A program made the position numbers and the translations under genes. A stretch of DNA of 64,000 nucleotides from Candidatus Campbellbacteria bacterium RIFOXYC2_FULL_35_25 (GTDB lineage: Bacteria > Patescibacteriota > Minisyncoccia > Phycocordibacterales > UBA12079). The notes beneath the pieces are model-generated. The model saw only the letters and a program-made list of their open reading frames with translations, searched no databases and was not told the DNA's origin. The stretch lies in the NCBI GenBank assembly GCA_001774495.1, contig MFAE01000006.1:69356-133355 (forward strand). The letters are read 5' to 3'. Within the stretch, counting starts at the first letter, position 1. Each line of letters begins with the position of its first letter. Shown here piece by piece: positions 25,243-33,894 of the stretch.

Positions 25243-26735
25243 CTAAACTATTTGCTTTCTTTGAGCAAAATAGAATAGAGCCAAAACAGCAAAGATGCCG
25301 ACTGGGGCAACAATATTCCAAGGAATACTATTATCGCTAGGAGGAAGCCCTGTGTTAGGTAATTTAGGAATAGTGACATTCACAACAACAGTAGCGACGG
25401 CAGAGTCTCTAGCAGTCAGACCGTTAGCTTCTCCGCTAGCAGTAACTGTGTTCTCTGTAGTTTTAGTAAGTGTTGCTTGGCAGGAGTAGAACCATGTTTC
25501 GGTGGTATCAAGCTTTGAATTACTATTAGTGTCACCAGAAATATATTTTACCGGACTGCATTTATCATCAGATAGAAGGACATTGTTCAATGCGACCGTT
25601 CCTGGATTAGTAACTTGGTTAATGTAGGTGACCGTTCCCCCTCCAGCAAGGAGTGCTAGTGGGCTTGGAACTTTTGTCACGTGGATCAAGGCAACGCTGG
25701 CAATAATTGGTGCAATATCATCTTAATGATGGTACAAGTTTTAGTCTCGCCATTCACAATTGTCCCCGAACAACCTACAGAACTAGACTGTGAGTAACCC
25801 GGAAGATTAATTTCCGTTACTTCGTAAGAACCAGTATTTAGTGTAACATCCACACCGGAAGCAGAGCCGGCAAAAGAACTCGAGGAAACATTCGTGCCAG
25901 CGATGTTAATCATGAAATTAGAGGGAATTGCCAACCCGCCATTATCATTGATCACCAACTTAACTACACGAAGTGTAGCGGTAGAAAACACGCGACCGTC
26001 AGAGGAAGAGGAAGAGGCAGAGGAAGTGGAAGTGGAAGGCACACATGTCGGTCCCGAAATAGTATTATTGATCAAGGTTACATCACCTCCCAATGCCAAA
26101 GCCCTTCCGTTCAAAACTACGCCACTGCCAAAATGAACACCTGTTCCTGCGATGATTGTTCCGACAAAAGAACTACCATTAATAGTTGCCAAAGTGTTAA
26201 CTTTCCAATATACATCACAAGCTCTTGCCCCATTGATTAAATTAATAGAACCAGATGATATTAAATCACTTGATGCTCTTAAAATGTATACACCAGGACC
26301 ATCAAGCGTAAGCACACCACCATTTAACCGTCCAGCTCCGATATCATAAACACCAGTAGTGAGAGCCAGACCATCAAGAGCTGGGCCAATACTTGCGGTT
26401 GAACCCTGCGCGGTTATGTTGTCATTCGCAGTTGAAAGATTGGTTTGAACAGCAGAATCTAAAGTTGCCAAACCTGGGGACATTCCATCTGTGGAATATA
26501 TTGTGCCACCCACATCTCCGGCAGTTAATGTGGAAATCCCGGCACCAGTACTATTTATCCCAACATTCCCAGATATAGTTCCTGTCCCTGTAATCGCGGT
26601 TTGTGCAACAATAGAAAAAGTGGCAGACGCGCCCAATCCTGGGTCCGTTGCCGCAAATACGATGGTCGCTCCGGCTATACCAAGTATAAGCATAATACTC
26701 AATATAATTATTGAAACTTTGTTAATTTTTTTCAT
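25243..26735 (-). CDS. LPXTG-anchored surface protein split by a frameshift near 25686-25720
   Basis: The 349-aa part has a signal peptide and a Gly/Thr-rich beta-helix-like region plus a prealbumin-like domain. The 148-aa part has no signal peptide or ATG, contains a DUF11-like domain, and ends in LPNTG-TM-RKQ. The upstream frame of the second part is open for 12 codons overlapping the first. Confidence 0.55.
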
Positions 26736-26884
26736 ATTATTTATTTTTTAATTAATTTTTTTATTTTAAAATAGGCAATTTTCTGATTCACGACCTTTGC
26801 CACTTAATAATACGCTATTTTTGATATTCCACGTTAAAAAAGACTAACAACTTTTAAGTACACCGAGACCTCTCTGTTGAGAGG

Positions 26885-27071
26885 GTGGGATTCGTCCCGC
26901 AGTTACTAAATAAAATCTTTCGCTTCGCTCAGATTTTATCAAGTACTGCTGGACGCGGTTCACCGAGTCACTTCGCTTCGCTCAGCGTCGGCTCCGCCGT
27001 TCGAATTCCACCCTCACTCCGTTAGCAAATAAAAAAACAACCCCTTGGTCGGGGTTGTTTTTTTATTTGTG
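26885..27071 (-). repeat. tRNA 3'-flank module copy e, downstream of tRNA-Ser
   Basis: 19-bp palindrome (caaataaaaaaacaacccc/ggggttgtttttttatttg) and a diverged conserved core in which the stem ataaaatct/agattttat compensates for the gtaaatttt/aaaatttac stem of other copies. Ends in a 16-nt direct repeat of the tRNA 3' end (gagagggtgggattcg). Confidence 0.65.
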
Positions 27072-27158
27072 CGGAGAGGGTGGGATTCGAACCCACGGCA
27101 CGGTTTCCCGCGCTCCGGTTTTCAAGACCGGTGCATTCGACCTCTCTGCCACCTCTCC
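27072..27158 (-). tRNA. tRNA-Ser (TGA), type II
   Basis: Manual fold: acceptor GGAGAGG/CCTCTCC, anticodon loop CTTGAAA, long variable arm, T-arm GTGGG-TTCGAAT-CCCAC. Confidence 0.8.
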
Positions 27159-27199
27159 ATTGTTTATTCAGTTTTTTACTATACTACATTATCAGATAA

Positions 27200-27300
27200 A
27201 TGACATTTTTACCAAGAGAGGTCGAATATTCGTCCTCCTCCCTTCAGTCGGATTCGAAACAAAATCTTTTGTTTCTCATCCTCTCTGCCACCTCTCCTTT
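27200..27300 (-). repeat. pseudo-tRNA fragment carrying an 18-nt copy of the tRNA-Ser 5' end
   Basis: cctctctgccacctctcc at 27280-27297 duplicates 27141-27158. Contains the inverted T-arm-like GGATTCGAAAC and a hairpin, but no complete cloverleaf. Confidence 0.6.
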
Positions 27301-27420
27301 TCTATATTCGATTTTCAAGCCTTAACTTTAGCTTTTTTTAACTAATTTTTCAAGTAAAAACAAAGCTATTGCCCCCTCCCCTCAAAATTTATACCCAAAG
27401 CAATAAAAAACGTTGTAAAC

Positions 27421-27449
27421 TTGATACTTGATACTTACTACTTTATACT
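27421..27449 (+). promoter_or_regulatory. promoter TTGATA-N17-TATACT (leaderless mscL)
   Basis: -35 at 27421-27426 and -10 at 27444-27449; the ATG at 27457 is only 7 nt downstream. Confidence 0.55.
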
Positions 27450-27456
27450 TATTTAT

Positions 27457-27849
27457 ATGTTAAAAGAATTTAAAGAATTCGCTATAAAAGGTAATGTTAT
27501 CGATATGGCGGTAGGTATCGTAATTGGTACTGCTTTTGGCAAGATTGTCAGCTCTTTTGTGTCTGACATCATAATGCCACCTATTGGCGTGTTAACTGGG
27601 GGAGTAGATTTTTCTAACCTAGTTATTACACTAAAAAAAGCATCTGAGGGAATCGAAGCTGTAACAATTAATTATGGTATGTTTATTAATACCGTTATCG
27701 ATTTTGCAATAATAGCTTTTGCTATTTTCATGGTTATAAAACAACTTAACCGCCTAAAGAAAAAAGAAGAAGCAAAACCAGAGGAAGCACCAAAAACACC
27801 AGAAGATATTTTGCTTCTAAGAGAAATCAGAGATTCTTTGAGTAAATAA
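27457..27849 (+). CDS. mscL: large-conductance mechanosensitive channel
   Basis: [24 protein letters not shown] is the MscL signature; 130 aa. Confidence 0.88.
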   Translation: MLKEFKEFAIKGNVIDMAVGIVIGTAFGKIVSSFVSDIIMPPIGVLTGGVDFSNLVITLKKASEGIEAVTINYGMFINTVIDFAIIAFAIFMVIKQLNRLKKKEEAKPEEAPKTPEDILLLREIRDSLSK

Positions 27850-27873
27850 ATTTTTAATCTCAAAAAAAACAAA

Positions 27874-27898
27874 AAGTTGGGTGTCGGACACCCAACTT
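27874..27898. repeat. 25-bp perfect palindrome AAGTTGGGTGTCGGACACCCAACTT (also acts as the mscL terminator)
   Basis: 12-bp stem with 1-nt centre, followed by a T-run. Near-identical copies sit inside argS (1021-1045) and ppaC (50550-50574). Confidence 0.8.
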
Positions 27899-27982
27899 TT
27901 TGTTTTTTCTTCATTTTATGTATAATGAAATTAGAAACAATGAACCTTAGAAAATTAACCATACTTGAAGGAGGGAATCACC

Positions 27983-28177
27983 ATGAATAGTATGACGATA
28001 TTTGATGACATGAGGACGATGGAAACCGCTTTAGGGGAGAACAATCGCTGTGGAAATTGCAGGTCAACATTTACTGGAGAAAGTTGCCCAAAATGTGGGT
28101 CTCACTTCTCCGCTAAGGTTACCAATCCCACAAAAAAGAAAGAAACTAGTAATTCTGATTTGCCCAAGTCCCTTTAA
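27983..28177 (+). CDS. small zinc-ribbon protein
   Basis: GGAGGG RBS; CGNC...CPKCG four-Cys ribbon. Confidence 0.4.
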   Translation: MNSMTIFDDMRTMETALGENNRCGNCRSTFTGESCPKCGSHFSAKVTNPTKKKETSNSDLPKSL

Positions 28178-28195
28178 GGGGCTTTTTGTTTTTAA

Positions 28196-28262
28196 TGTTT
28201 TTTATCTCTTCGTTTTTCTTTTATTATGTTCTTCTGTTCTTCTGTTTCTTTGCTATAATATA
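28196..28262. repeat. tandem 8-mer array (GTTCTTCT/GTTTCTTT), second locus
   Basis: Same unit as the array at 3775-3905. Immediately followed by a TATAAT -10 box and the ATG at 28266. Confidence 0.7.
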
Positions 28263-28265
28263 TCC

Positions 28266-28727
28266 ATGGAAACGGAAACTGAAGATGCTATTCAATGGCA
28301 AACACAAGAACATGAACACTACGAAAAAACTCCAGATTGGTTTTGGGGGTTATGGGTATTTGGTATTGCAATAATTGTTCTTTTGGCAATGACCAACAAA
28401 ATCTCCACTGCAATTTTAGTTTTTGTAATAATGGTGACTTTAACTATTCAATCAACAAAAAAACCAAGAACAATAAAATGCATTGTGGATTCAAAAGGAA
28501 TTGTTATCTATGGTAAAAAATACCTTTTTAAAAATATAGAATCTTTTTGTATCCTAGAAGATGAATTTCCTAGAATACTTTTGAAATCGAAAAAGAAGTA
28601 TATGCCTTTTATAACAATCCCTGTTGGGGATGCAGACACTGAGGAAATAGAGAAATTCCTACTCAATCACCTAAAAAAAGAGGAGCACTCTGAACCGATT
28701 TCGTATAAATTGATGAGGTATTTTTAA
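28266..28727 (+). CDS. hypothetical membrane protein
   Basis: 153 aa with two or three TM segments; no recognisable domain. Confidence 0.4.
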   Translation: METETEDAIQWQTQEHEHYEKTPDWFWGLWVFGIAIIVLLAMTNKISTAILVFVIMVTLTIQSTKKPRTIKCIVDSKGIVIYGKKYLFKNIESFCILEDEFPRILLKSKKKYMPFITIPVGDADTEEIEKFLLNHLKKEEHSEPISYKLMRYF

Positions 28728-28740
28728 TAAACTCGAAGAG

Positions 28741-28979
28741 ATAGAATCGTCCCACGATTACTAAGTAAATTTTTTCGTGCCTCAAAATTTACAAAGTATC
28801 GCTGGACATATTTCTTTCGTTTCAGCTTTTTTTATTAAGGTTGAAATCAAAAGCCCGCTGTCTCGCTTCGCTCGACATGCCCCGTCTTTCGATTCCTGAC
28901 GAAAAGTGCGCAGGCACTTTTCTCCGAGAGGACAAAATTAAAAGAACAGATTGAAAACCAATCTGTTCTTTTAATTTTG
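28741..28979 (-). repeat. tRNA 3'-flank module copy b, downstream of tRNA-Arg(GCG)
   Basis: 28-bp palindrome including the tRNA acceptor 3' strand, the hairpin GAAAAGTGC-CTGC-GCACTTTTC, and the conserved core ...GTCCAGCGATACTTTGTAAATTTTGAGGCACGAAAAAATTTACTTAGTAATCGTGGGACGATTC. Confidence 0.7.
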
Positions 28980-29051
28980 TCCTCTCGGCAAGAATCGAAC
29001 TTGCGTCGTGGCTTCCGCAAAGCCATGTTCTATCCACTGAACTACGAGAGG
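28980..29051 (-). tRNA. tRNA-Arg (anticodon reads GCG; C1:G72)
   Basis: Manual fold: acceptor CCTCTCG/CGAGAGG, D-arm GTTCAGTGGATAGAAC, anticodon stem TGGCT/AGCCA with loop TTGCGGA, T-arm GCAAG-TTCGATT-CTTGC. Confidence 0.65.
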
Positions 29052-29120
29052 GGTCAACTGTTATATTATCACAAAAATTGTTACTTAAACAAAAAAGATT
29101 TTGCCAAAGGCAAAATCTTT

Positions 29121-29182
29121 TTTCTTAATTCTTAATACTTAATACTTAATACTTAATACTTAATACTTAATACTTAATACTT
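29121..29182. repeat. tandem heptamer (TAATACT) x8
   Basis: Direct reading. Located between the rpsT stop and the rpsT terminator hairpin. Confidence 0.85.
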
Positions 29183-29443
29183 CTATATTTTTGCAATCAT
29201 CTTTGCTAATCTTGATTTCTTTCTAGAAGCAGTATTCTTTTTGATAACTCCCCTCTTTGAGGCCTTATCAATTGCTTTATAAGCTTCTGACAATTTAGCT
29301 TCTGCTTCTTTCTTATCCTTGGCTATAGTTAATTTAGAAATTTGTTTTACAGAATCCTTTAGTGTCCTTTTTACACGAATATTAAAAACTCTCTTTTTTT
29401 CAGAGCCACGAAGTGCTTTTTTTGCTGATCTTGTTATAGGCAT
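29183..29443 (-). CDS. rpsT: 30S ribosomal protein S20
   Basis: MPITRSAKKALRGSEKKR and lysine-rich throughout; 86 aa. Confidence 0.85.
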   Translation of the reverse strand: MPITRSAKKALRGSEKKRVFNIRVKRTLKDSVKQISKLTIAKDKKEAEAKLSEAYKAIDKASKRGVIKKNTASRKKSRLAKMIAKI

Positions 29444-29539
29444 ATGTGGAAAGATTACCTTACTTTGATTTAAAAATCAAGTAATCTAAATGGGTTTATT
29501 CTTGCTACTTGATACTGGCTACTTTATACTTATAAATAT

Positions 29540-30118
29540 ATGATTTCACAGCTTACTGGCAAAATAACATACAAAGGAGACAACTTCATTATAATTGATG
29601 CTTCAAGTGTTGGTTATAAAGTATTCGTACCCAACGACACAATCAAAGAAATAGATAAACTTAACACCAGTGACAAGAAAACGACTCTCTGGACACATTT
29701 AGCTGTAAGAGAAAATTCTATGGATTTGTTCGGTTTTCTAACAAAGGAAGATCTAGATTTTTTTGAATTACTAATTTCTATTTCGGGAATTGGACCCAAA
29801 ACTGCTTTGGGGATACTAAATGTTGCCACCACAGAAACGCTTATCTCAGCAGTTTCAACAGGAGATACTTCTTACTTAACAAAAGTTTCTGGTATCGGTG
29901 CTAAAAATGCTCAAAAGATTGTTTTGGAATTAAAAAACAAAGTAGCGAAAATTGAACAAACCCCAACTGGAATCAGAGAAGAAATCGATGTTATTGAAGC
30001 ATTAAAATCGCTGGGTTATTCCGCTCGAGAAGCTAGTGACGCTCTTAAAAAAATTGATAAAGAAATAATTGGAACCAGCAATAAAGTTAGAGAAGCTCTA
30101 AAAATTTTAAGTAAATAG
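29540..30118 (+). CDS. ruvA: Holliday junction DNA helicase RuvA
   Basis: MISQLTGKI N-terminus and two helix-hairpin-helix (GIGPKTA, GIGAKNA) motifs. Promoter TTGCTA-N17-TATACT ends 9 nt before the ATG. Confidence 0.85.
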   Translation: MISQLTGKITYKGDNFIIIDASSVGYKVFVPNDTIKEIDKLNTSDKKTTLWTHLAVRENSMDLFGFLTKEDLDFFELLISISGIGPKTALGILNVATTETLISAVSTGDTSYLTKVSGIGAKNAQKIVLELKNKVAKIEQTPTGIREEIDVIEALKSLGYSAREASDALKKIDKEIIGTSNKVREALKILSK

Positions 30119-30352
30119 AAAAATAAGGCTGCCCGACAGCCTTATTTTTCTAAAATCTGGTTCTAGATTGCTTCGCTCTCGCTAACAAAGAGCTCTCGTT
30201 AGCAAGAACGTTGGGACAAATTTTGCGGAGCAAAATTTGTCCCAACGTTCTTAGTTTTTTATTATTAATCCCGAATCCCTGATTCATGGTTCTTGATTCA
30301 TTATTCTTAACTCATGATTTATAATTCTGCCTAATTCTGATAGAATTAAGCT

Positions 30353-31618
30353 ATGTTAGACGATCTTCTCTACAAAATAAAAAGTTACATTCCCACTAAT
30401 TTATTTAAGAAAATTCAGCCTGCTTATCATTACTCGCTTTCCCTATTAGGGGCCCTTATCTACCGCTTCCCTTCAAGAAAAATATTTGTAATCGGGGTAA
30501 CTGGGACAAAAGGAAAAACCAGTACCACAGAATTAATCAGTGCAATGCTTGAAGAAGCCGGTTTTAAAACAGCTCTCCTTGGGACAATGCGCTTTAAGTT
30601 GGATGAGGAGTCAGAAATGAACAAACAAAAAATGACCATGCCAGGAAGATTTTTTGTTCAACAATTTATAAAAAAAGCTGTAAAAAAACAATGTGATTAT
30701 ATTATTATAGAAATGACTTCACAAGGTGTTTTGCAGTTCCGCCACAAATTTATTCAAATGAACGCTCTTATTTTCACAAATTTGTCTCCTGAACATATTG
30801 AGTCACACGGTTCTTATGAAAATTATGTACAGGCAAAACTTAAGATTGCCGAGGCTCTAGAAAAATCTAACAAAGAAAGAAAACTTATTGTGGTGAATAC
30901 AGATGACGCAGAATCTGCTAGATTCTTAAAGAATAACATAAAAGAGCAATATAAATACTCGGTAACCGATGCCGAACCATATCAATTAGCTAAGCAGGGT
31001 CTCGTCCTAACTTTTGGAGGAACGAAAATAAATTCTAGTCTGTCTGGAAAATTCAATATTTATAACATTTTAGCGGCGGCAACATTTGCCAAAAGTCAAA
31101 GCATTAGTAACGAAACCATAAAAAATGCTATCCAAAAATTTAAAGGAATTCGAGGTAGAGTAGAAAGAATAGATGAAGACCAAGATTTTGTTGTAGTTGT
31201 AGATTATGCTCACACAGCTGATTCTTTAGAAAAACTTTACGAGGCTTTCCCCAACTCAAAAAGAATTTGCGTGCTCGGCAACACAGGAGGAGGGCGTGAT
31301 AAATGGAAAAGAAAAATTATGGGTTCAATTGCAGATAAATATTGCTCTCATATTATTTTAACCAACGAGGACCCTTATGACGAAGACCCAAGAAAAATAT
31401 TAGAGGAAATGACTGAGGGAATAGAAAAACCAAATTATGAAATAATAATGGATAGAAGAGAGGCTATAAACAAAGCCTTGTCATCCGCCGAAACTGGTGA
31501 TACTGTTTTGATATCTGGAAAAGGAACTGATCCTTATATTATGGGCCCAAATAACACCAAACTACCTTGGGACGATGCCAGAGTCACAAGAGAAGAACTT
31601 AACAGATTAAAAAAGTAA
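30353..31618 (+). CDS. murE: Mur ligase family protein, MurE-like
   Basis: P-loop GVTGTKGKTSTT plus the DYAHTADSLEKL motif. Confidence 0.6.
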   Translation: MLDDLLYKIKSYIPTNLFKKIQPAYHYSLSLLGALIYRFPSRKIFVIGVTGTKGKTSTTELISAMLEEAGFKTALLGTMRFKLDEESEMNKQKMTMPGRFFVQQFIKKAVKKQCDYIIIEMTSQGVLQFRHKFIQMNALIFTNLSPEHIESHGSYENYVQAKLKIAEALEKSNKERKLIVVNTDDAESARFLKNNIKEQYKYSVTDAEPYQLAKQGLVLTFGGTKINSSLSGKFNIYNILAAATFAKSQSISNETIKNAIQKFKGIRGRVERIDEDQDFVVVVDYAHTADSLEKLYEAFPNSKRICVLGNTGGGRDKWKRKIMGSIADKYCSHIILTNEDPYDEDPRKILEEMTEGIEKPNYEIIMDRREAINKALSSAETGDTVLISGKGTDPYIMGPNNTKLPWDDARVTREELNRLKK

Positions 31619-31667
31619 TTTCCGCCAAAGGCGGATCCGCCTTTGGCGGAAAATTTAATAAACAATA

Positions 31668-32621
31668 ATGACTGGGGGAGAATTTTTTAAATGGATAGTG
31701 TTCGCTTTTATAGGGCTTTTCGTGCTCTGGTTTCTTTCTGGTGGCCCTGATCGAGGGGCCACCCAGCAAGGAGGGGCGGCGGCGACAACCTCCCCCTCAT
31801 CCGGTATTGCCGGTTATTTTAGCGCCTACACCAATAACCAAAGCGGTTCCACAGAAACAGTGCTTAGAAGCCCAAGAGTAAGGCCTGAGATAAAAAATCC
31901 ACTAGAAAAAGAATCGGAACAAACACAAGAGACAAAAAAAATCTCTCTTTATCAAGATAAAATTTCAATAGAAAGAGGGACTGCTACTTATACCGACCCT
32001 TCTGCTGAATATTTAGTATTAACCAACGACAGAAAAAACAAAGAAAAAATTAATATCTCTGGTTGGTCGATAACAAGTTCAGCTACAGGGAAAAACATTA
32101 CTATAGGTGAGGCTTCCTATCTGCCCTACACGTCTAAAACTAACCCCCAACAGCCAATTTTCTTGTCTCCTGGAGACAAAGCTTATGTAACAACGGGAAG
32201 GTCTCCAATAGGAACTTCCTTTAGAACAAATCTTTGCACGGGGTATTTTGAACAATTTCAAGATTTTAAGCCCTCTCTAAAAAATGAATGTCCAAGGATA
32301 GTAAATGAGGAAAACTTTAAAATAAAAATATCCGGCCCAAATGCCTTAAATGATGCTTGCATTGATTTTATTGAAAGAATGAGAACATGTACGATAAACG
32401 CAAAACCACTACCACTAACAATGCAATACGAGTGTTCTTCTTTCATAAACTCGGAAATCAATTATCAAACCTGCGTAACGAACCACAAAAATGAAGAAGA
32501 TTTCTATAAATCTGAATGGAGAATTTTCTTAAACAGAGATGAAGAATTGTGGAAAGCTAAAAGAGAAACAATAAGACTTTTAGATGCTGATGGAAAAGTA
32601 ATTGATAGTTTGAGTTATTAA
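31668..32621 (+). CDS. secreted/membrane-anchored protein with lamin-tail-domain-like region and Cys-rich C-terminus
   Basis: N-terminal TM, YLVLTN...ISGWSITS...GDKAYV (LTD-like), and 8 Cys in the C-terminal third. Confidence 0.4.
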   Translation: MTGGEFFKWIVFAFIGLFVLWFLSGGPDRGATQQGGAAATTSPSSGIAGYFSAYTNNQSGSTETVLRSPRVRPEIKNPLEKESEQTQETKKISLYQDKISIERGTATYTDPSAEYLVLTNDRKNKEKINISGWSITSSATGKNITIGEASYLPYTSKTNPQQPIFLSPGDKAYVTTGRSPIGTSFRTNLCTGYFEQFQDFKPSLKNECPRIVNEENFKIKISGPNALNDACIDFIERMRTCTINAKPLPLTMQYECSSFINSEINYQTCVTNHKNEEDFYKSEWRIFLNRDEELWKAKRETIRLLDADGKVIDSLSY

Positions 32622-32677
32622 AAAAATTAAAACAGAGCCAGTAGGCTCTGTTTAAAAAATAAATATAGATTATTATT

Positions 32678-33685
32678 TTATTTCACACATCGATACTTAT
32701 AAGTACTACTTGTTCTTGTGCCAGTTACAGTAGTAAACATAGTACCGTCAGCTAATTTATAAACAACCTGTCGAGGAAAAGTTATGGCGTCAGAGTTTAC
32801 ACTTGAAACATCACTGCTCCATATCAGCGCTTGAGAGCCCACATTTGAAACAATTTTCGATCCTGGATATAAGATGTCGTGCCAATATACATATTCCAAA
32901 TCATGGGTACTTGGGAGCCTCCAACATTTTTCCTCCCCCCCAGTATTCATAGCCATACATCCAGCATAGGCATTTTGCAATAAAACAGAAGATGCCGACT
33001 CATTACTTATTTGTGTAGGGATACTTGAGCATGTTGCGATAGATGCCGCCGAAACACAATTAAGACCATTTTGGTCACAATATTCTGTTGCACCAACTTT
33101 CCCCTCTACATCAAGTTTCAGCCCTGCATCTGGAGTAAAATCCCCTATTCCTACTTGCCCATCACTTTCTATAGTTAAATAATTGTTCCAATTAGTATTT
33201 CCTCCAAAAGCCCAATTATTGGTCGTTGCTACTTTATAACCTATTGAGAAACTATTATTTCCTGCAGATCCCCAATGGTTTAAGGACCAGTGAATACCAT
33301 CTTCATCAGAAAAAAGAAGGTGAGAATCCCCTGAGCCACCAATAATTTGCAATGCCGCGCTCAAATCTTCAATGATGACATCAGCAATGTCTGCTTTTGC
33401 TGCAGCTTGGTCTACATTTTTCACGTGAAGTTGAGCTTCCGGGCTAACAGTTCCAACACCCACATTGTTGCTAACATAAGCGGTTCCAAAAACTGCCAAA
33501 GCATCAAGGCTCAATCCCGCTCCTTTAACTTGAGAGGTTGGACCTACATTCAAAGGAGCAGCAACATTCCCCTCAGTGGGAGGGAGTGAGGGAGCGGTCC
33601 AAGCGGCGAAAGCATAGTTTACCCCCACGGACAACACTAGCGCCAAAATAATTATTTTTATTGCTTGAATAATATCTTTTTTCAT
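32678..33685 (-). CDS. membrane-anchored protein with phage tail-fibre/endosialidase-chaperone-like motif
   Basis: Signal/TM segment, then NVGVGTVSPEAQLHVKN, resembling the Peptidase_S74 start motif. Shares the 116-bp leader with the next gene. Confidence 0.4.
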   Translation of the reverse strand: MKKDIIQAIKIIILALVLSVGVNYAFAAWTAPSLPPTEGNVAAPLNVGPTSQVKGAGLSLDALAVFGTAYVSNNVGVGTVSPEAQLHVKNVDQAAAKADIADVIIEDLSAALQIIGGSGDSHLLFSDEDGIHWSLNHWGSAGNNSFSIGYKVATTNNWAFGGNTNWNNYLTIESDGQVGIGDFTPDAGLKLDVEGKVGATEYCDQNGLNCVSAASIATCSSIPTQISNESASSVLLQNAYAGCMAMNTGGEEKCWRLPSTHDLEYVYWHDILYPGSKIVSNVGSQALIWSSDVSSVNSDAITFPRQVVYKLADGTMFTTVTGTRTSSTYKYRCVK

Positions 33686-33695
33686 AATTTTATTA

Positions 33696-33811
33696 TAATA
33701 ATTAATGATTAGTTTATAAAAAATTCTCCAAAGAAAATATCTCAAAGAATTTGTCTTTGTTTCTTCTAATTATATCCCTTTAATCTTTTTGTGTATATTC
33801 TTAACTGTGGA
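33696..33811. repeat. exact 116-bp repeat (copy 1) forming the 5' leader/promoter region
   Basis: Identical to 38426-38541. Both copies are preceded by similar terminator hairpins (aaaggttttttgtt...). Confidence 0.85.
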
Positions 33812-33894
33812 CTAATAAGTTGCCCGAAACAAAACAAAGAACCTTTGCTTGATTTCAGACAAAGGTTTTTTGTTTTGTTTTTAATAATAGATTT

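Noticed and set aside
25243-25689. The 148-aa ORF as an independent LPXTG protein
   Set aside because: It has no ATG start (TTG only) and no signal peptide, which a sortase substrate requires. Its frame is open upstream into the preceding gene. It is therefore treated as the frameshifted C-terminus of one surface protein.
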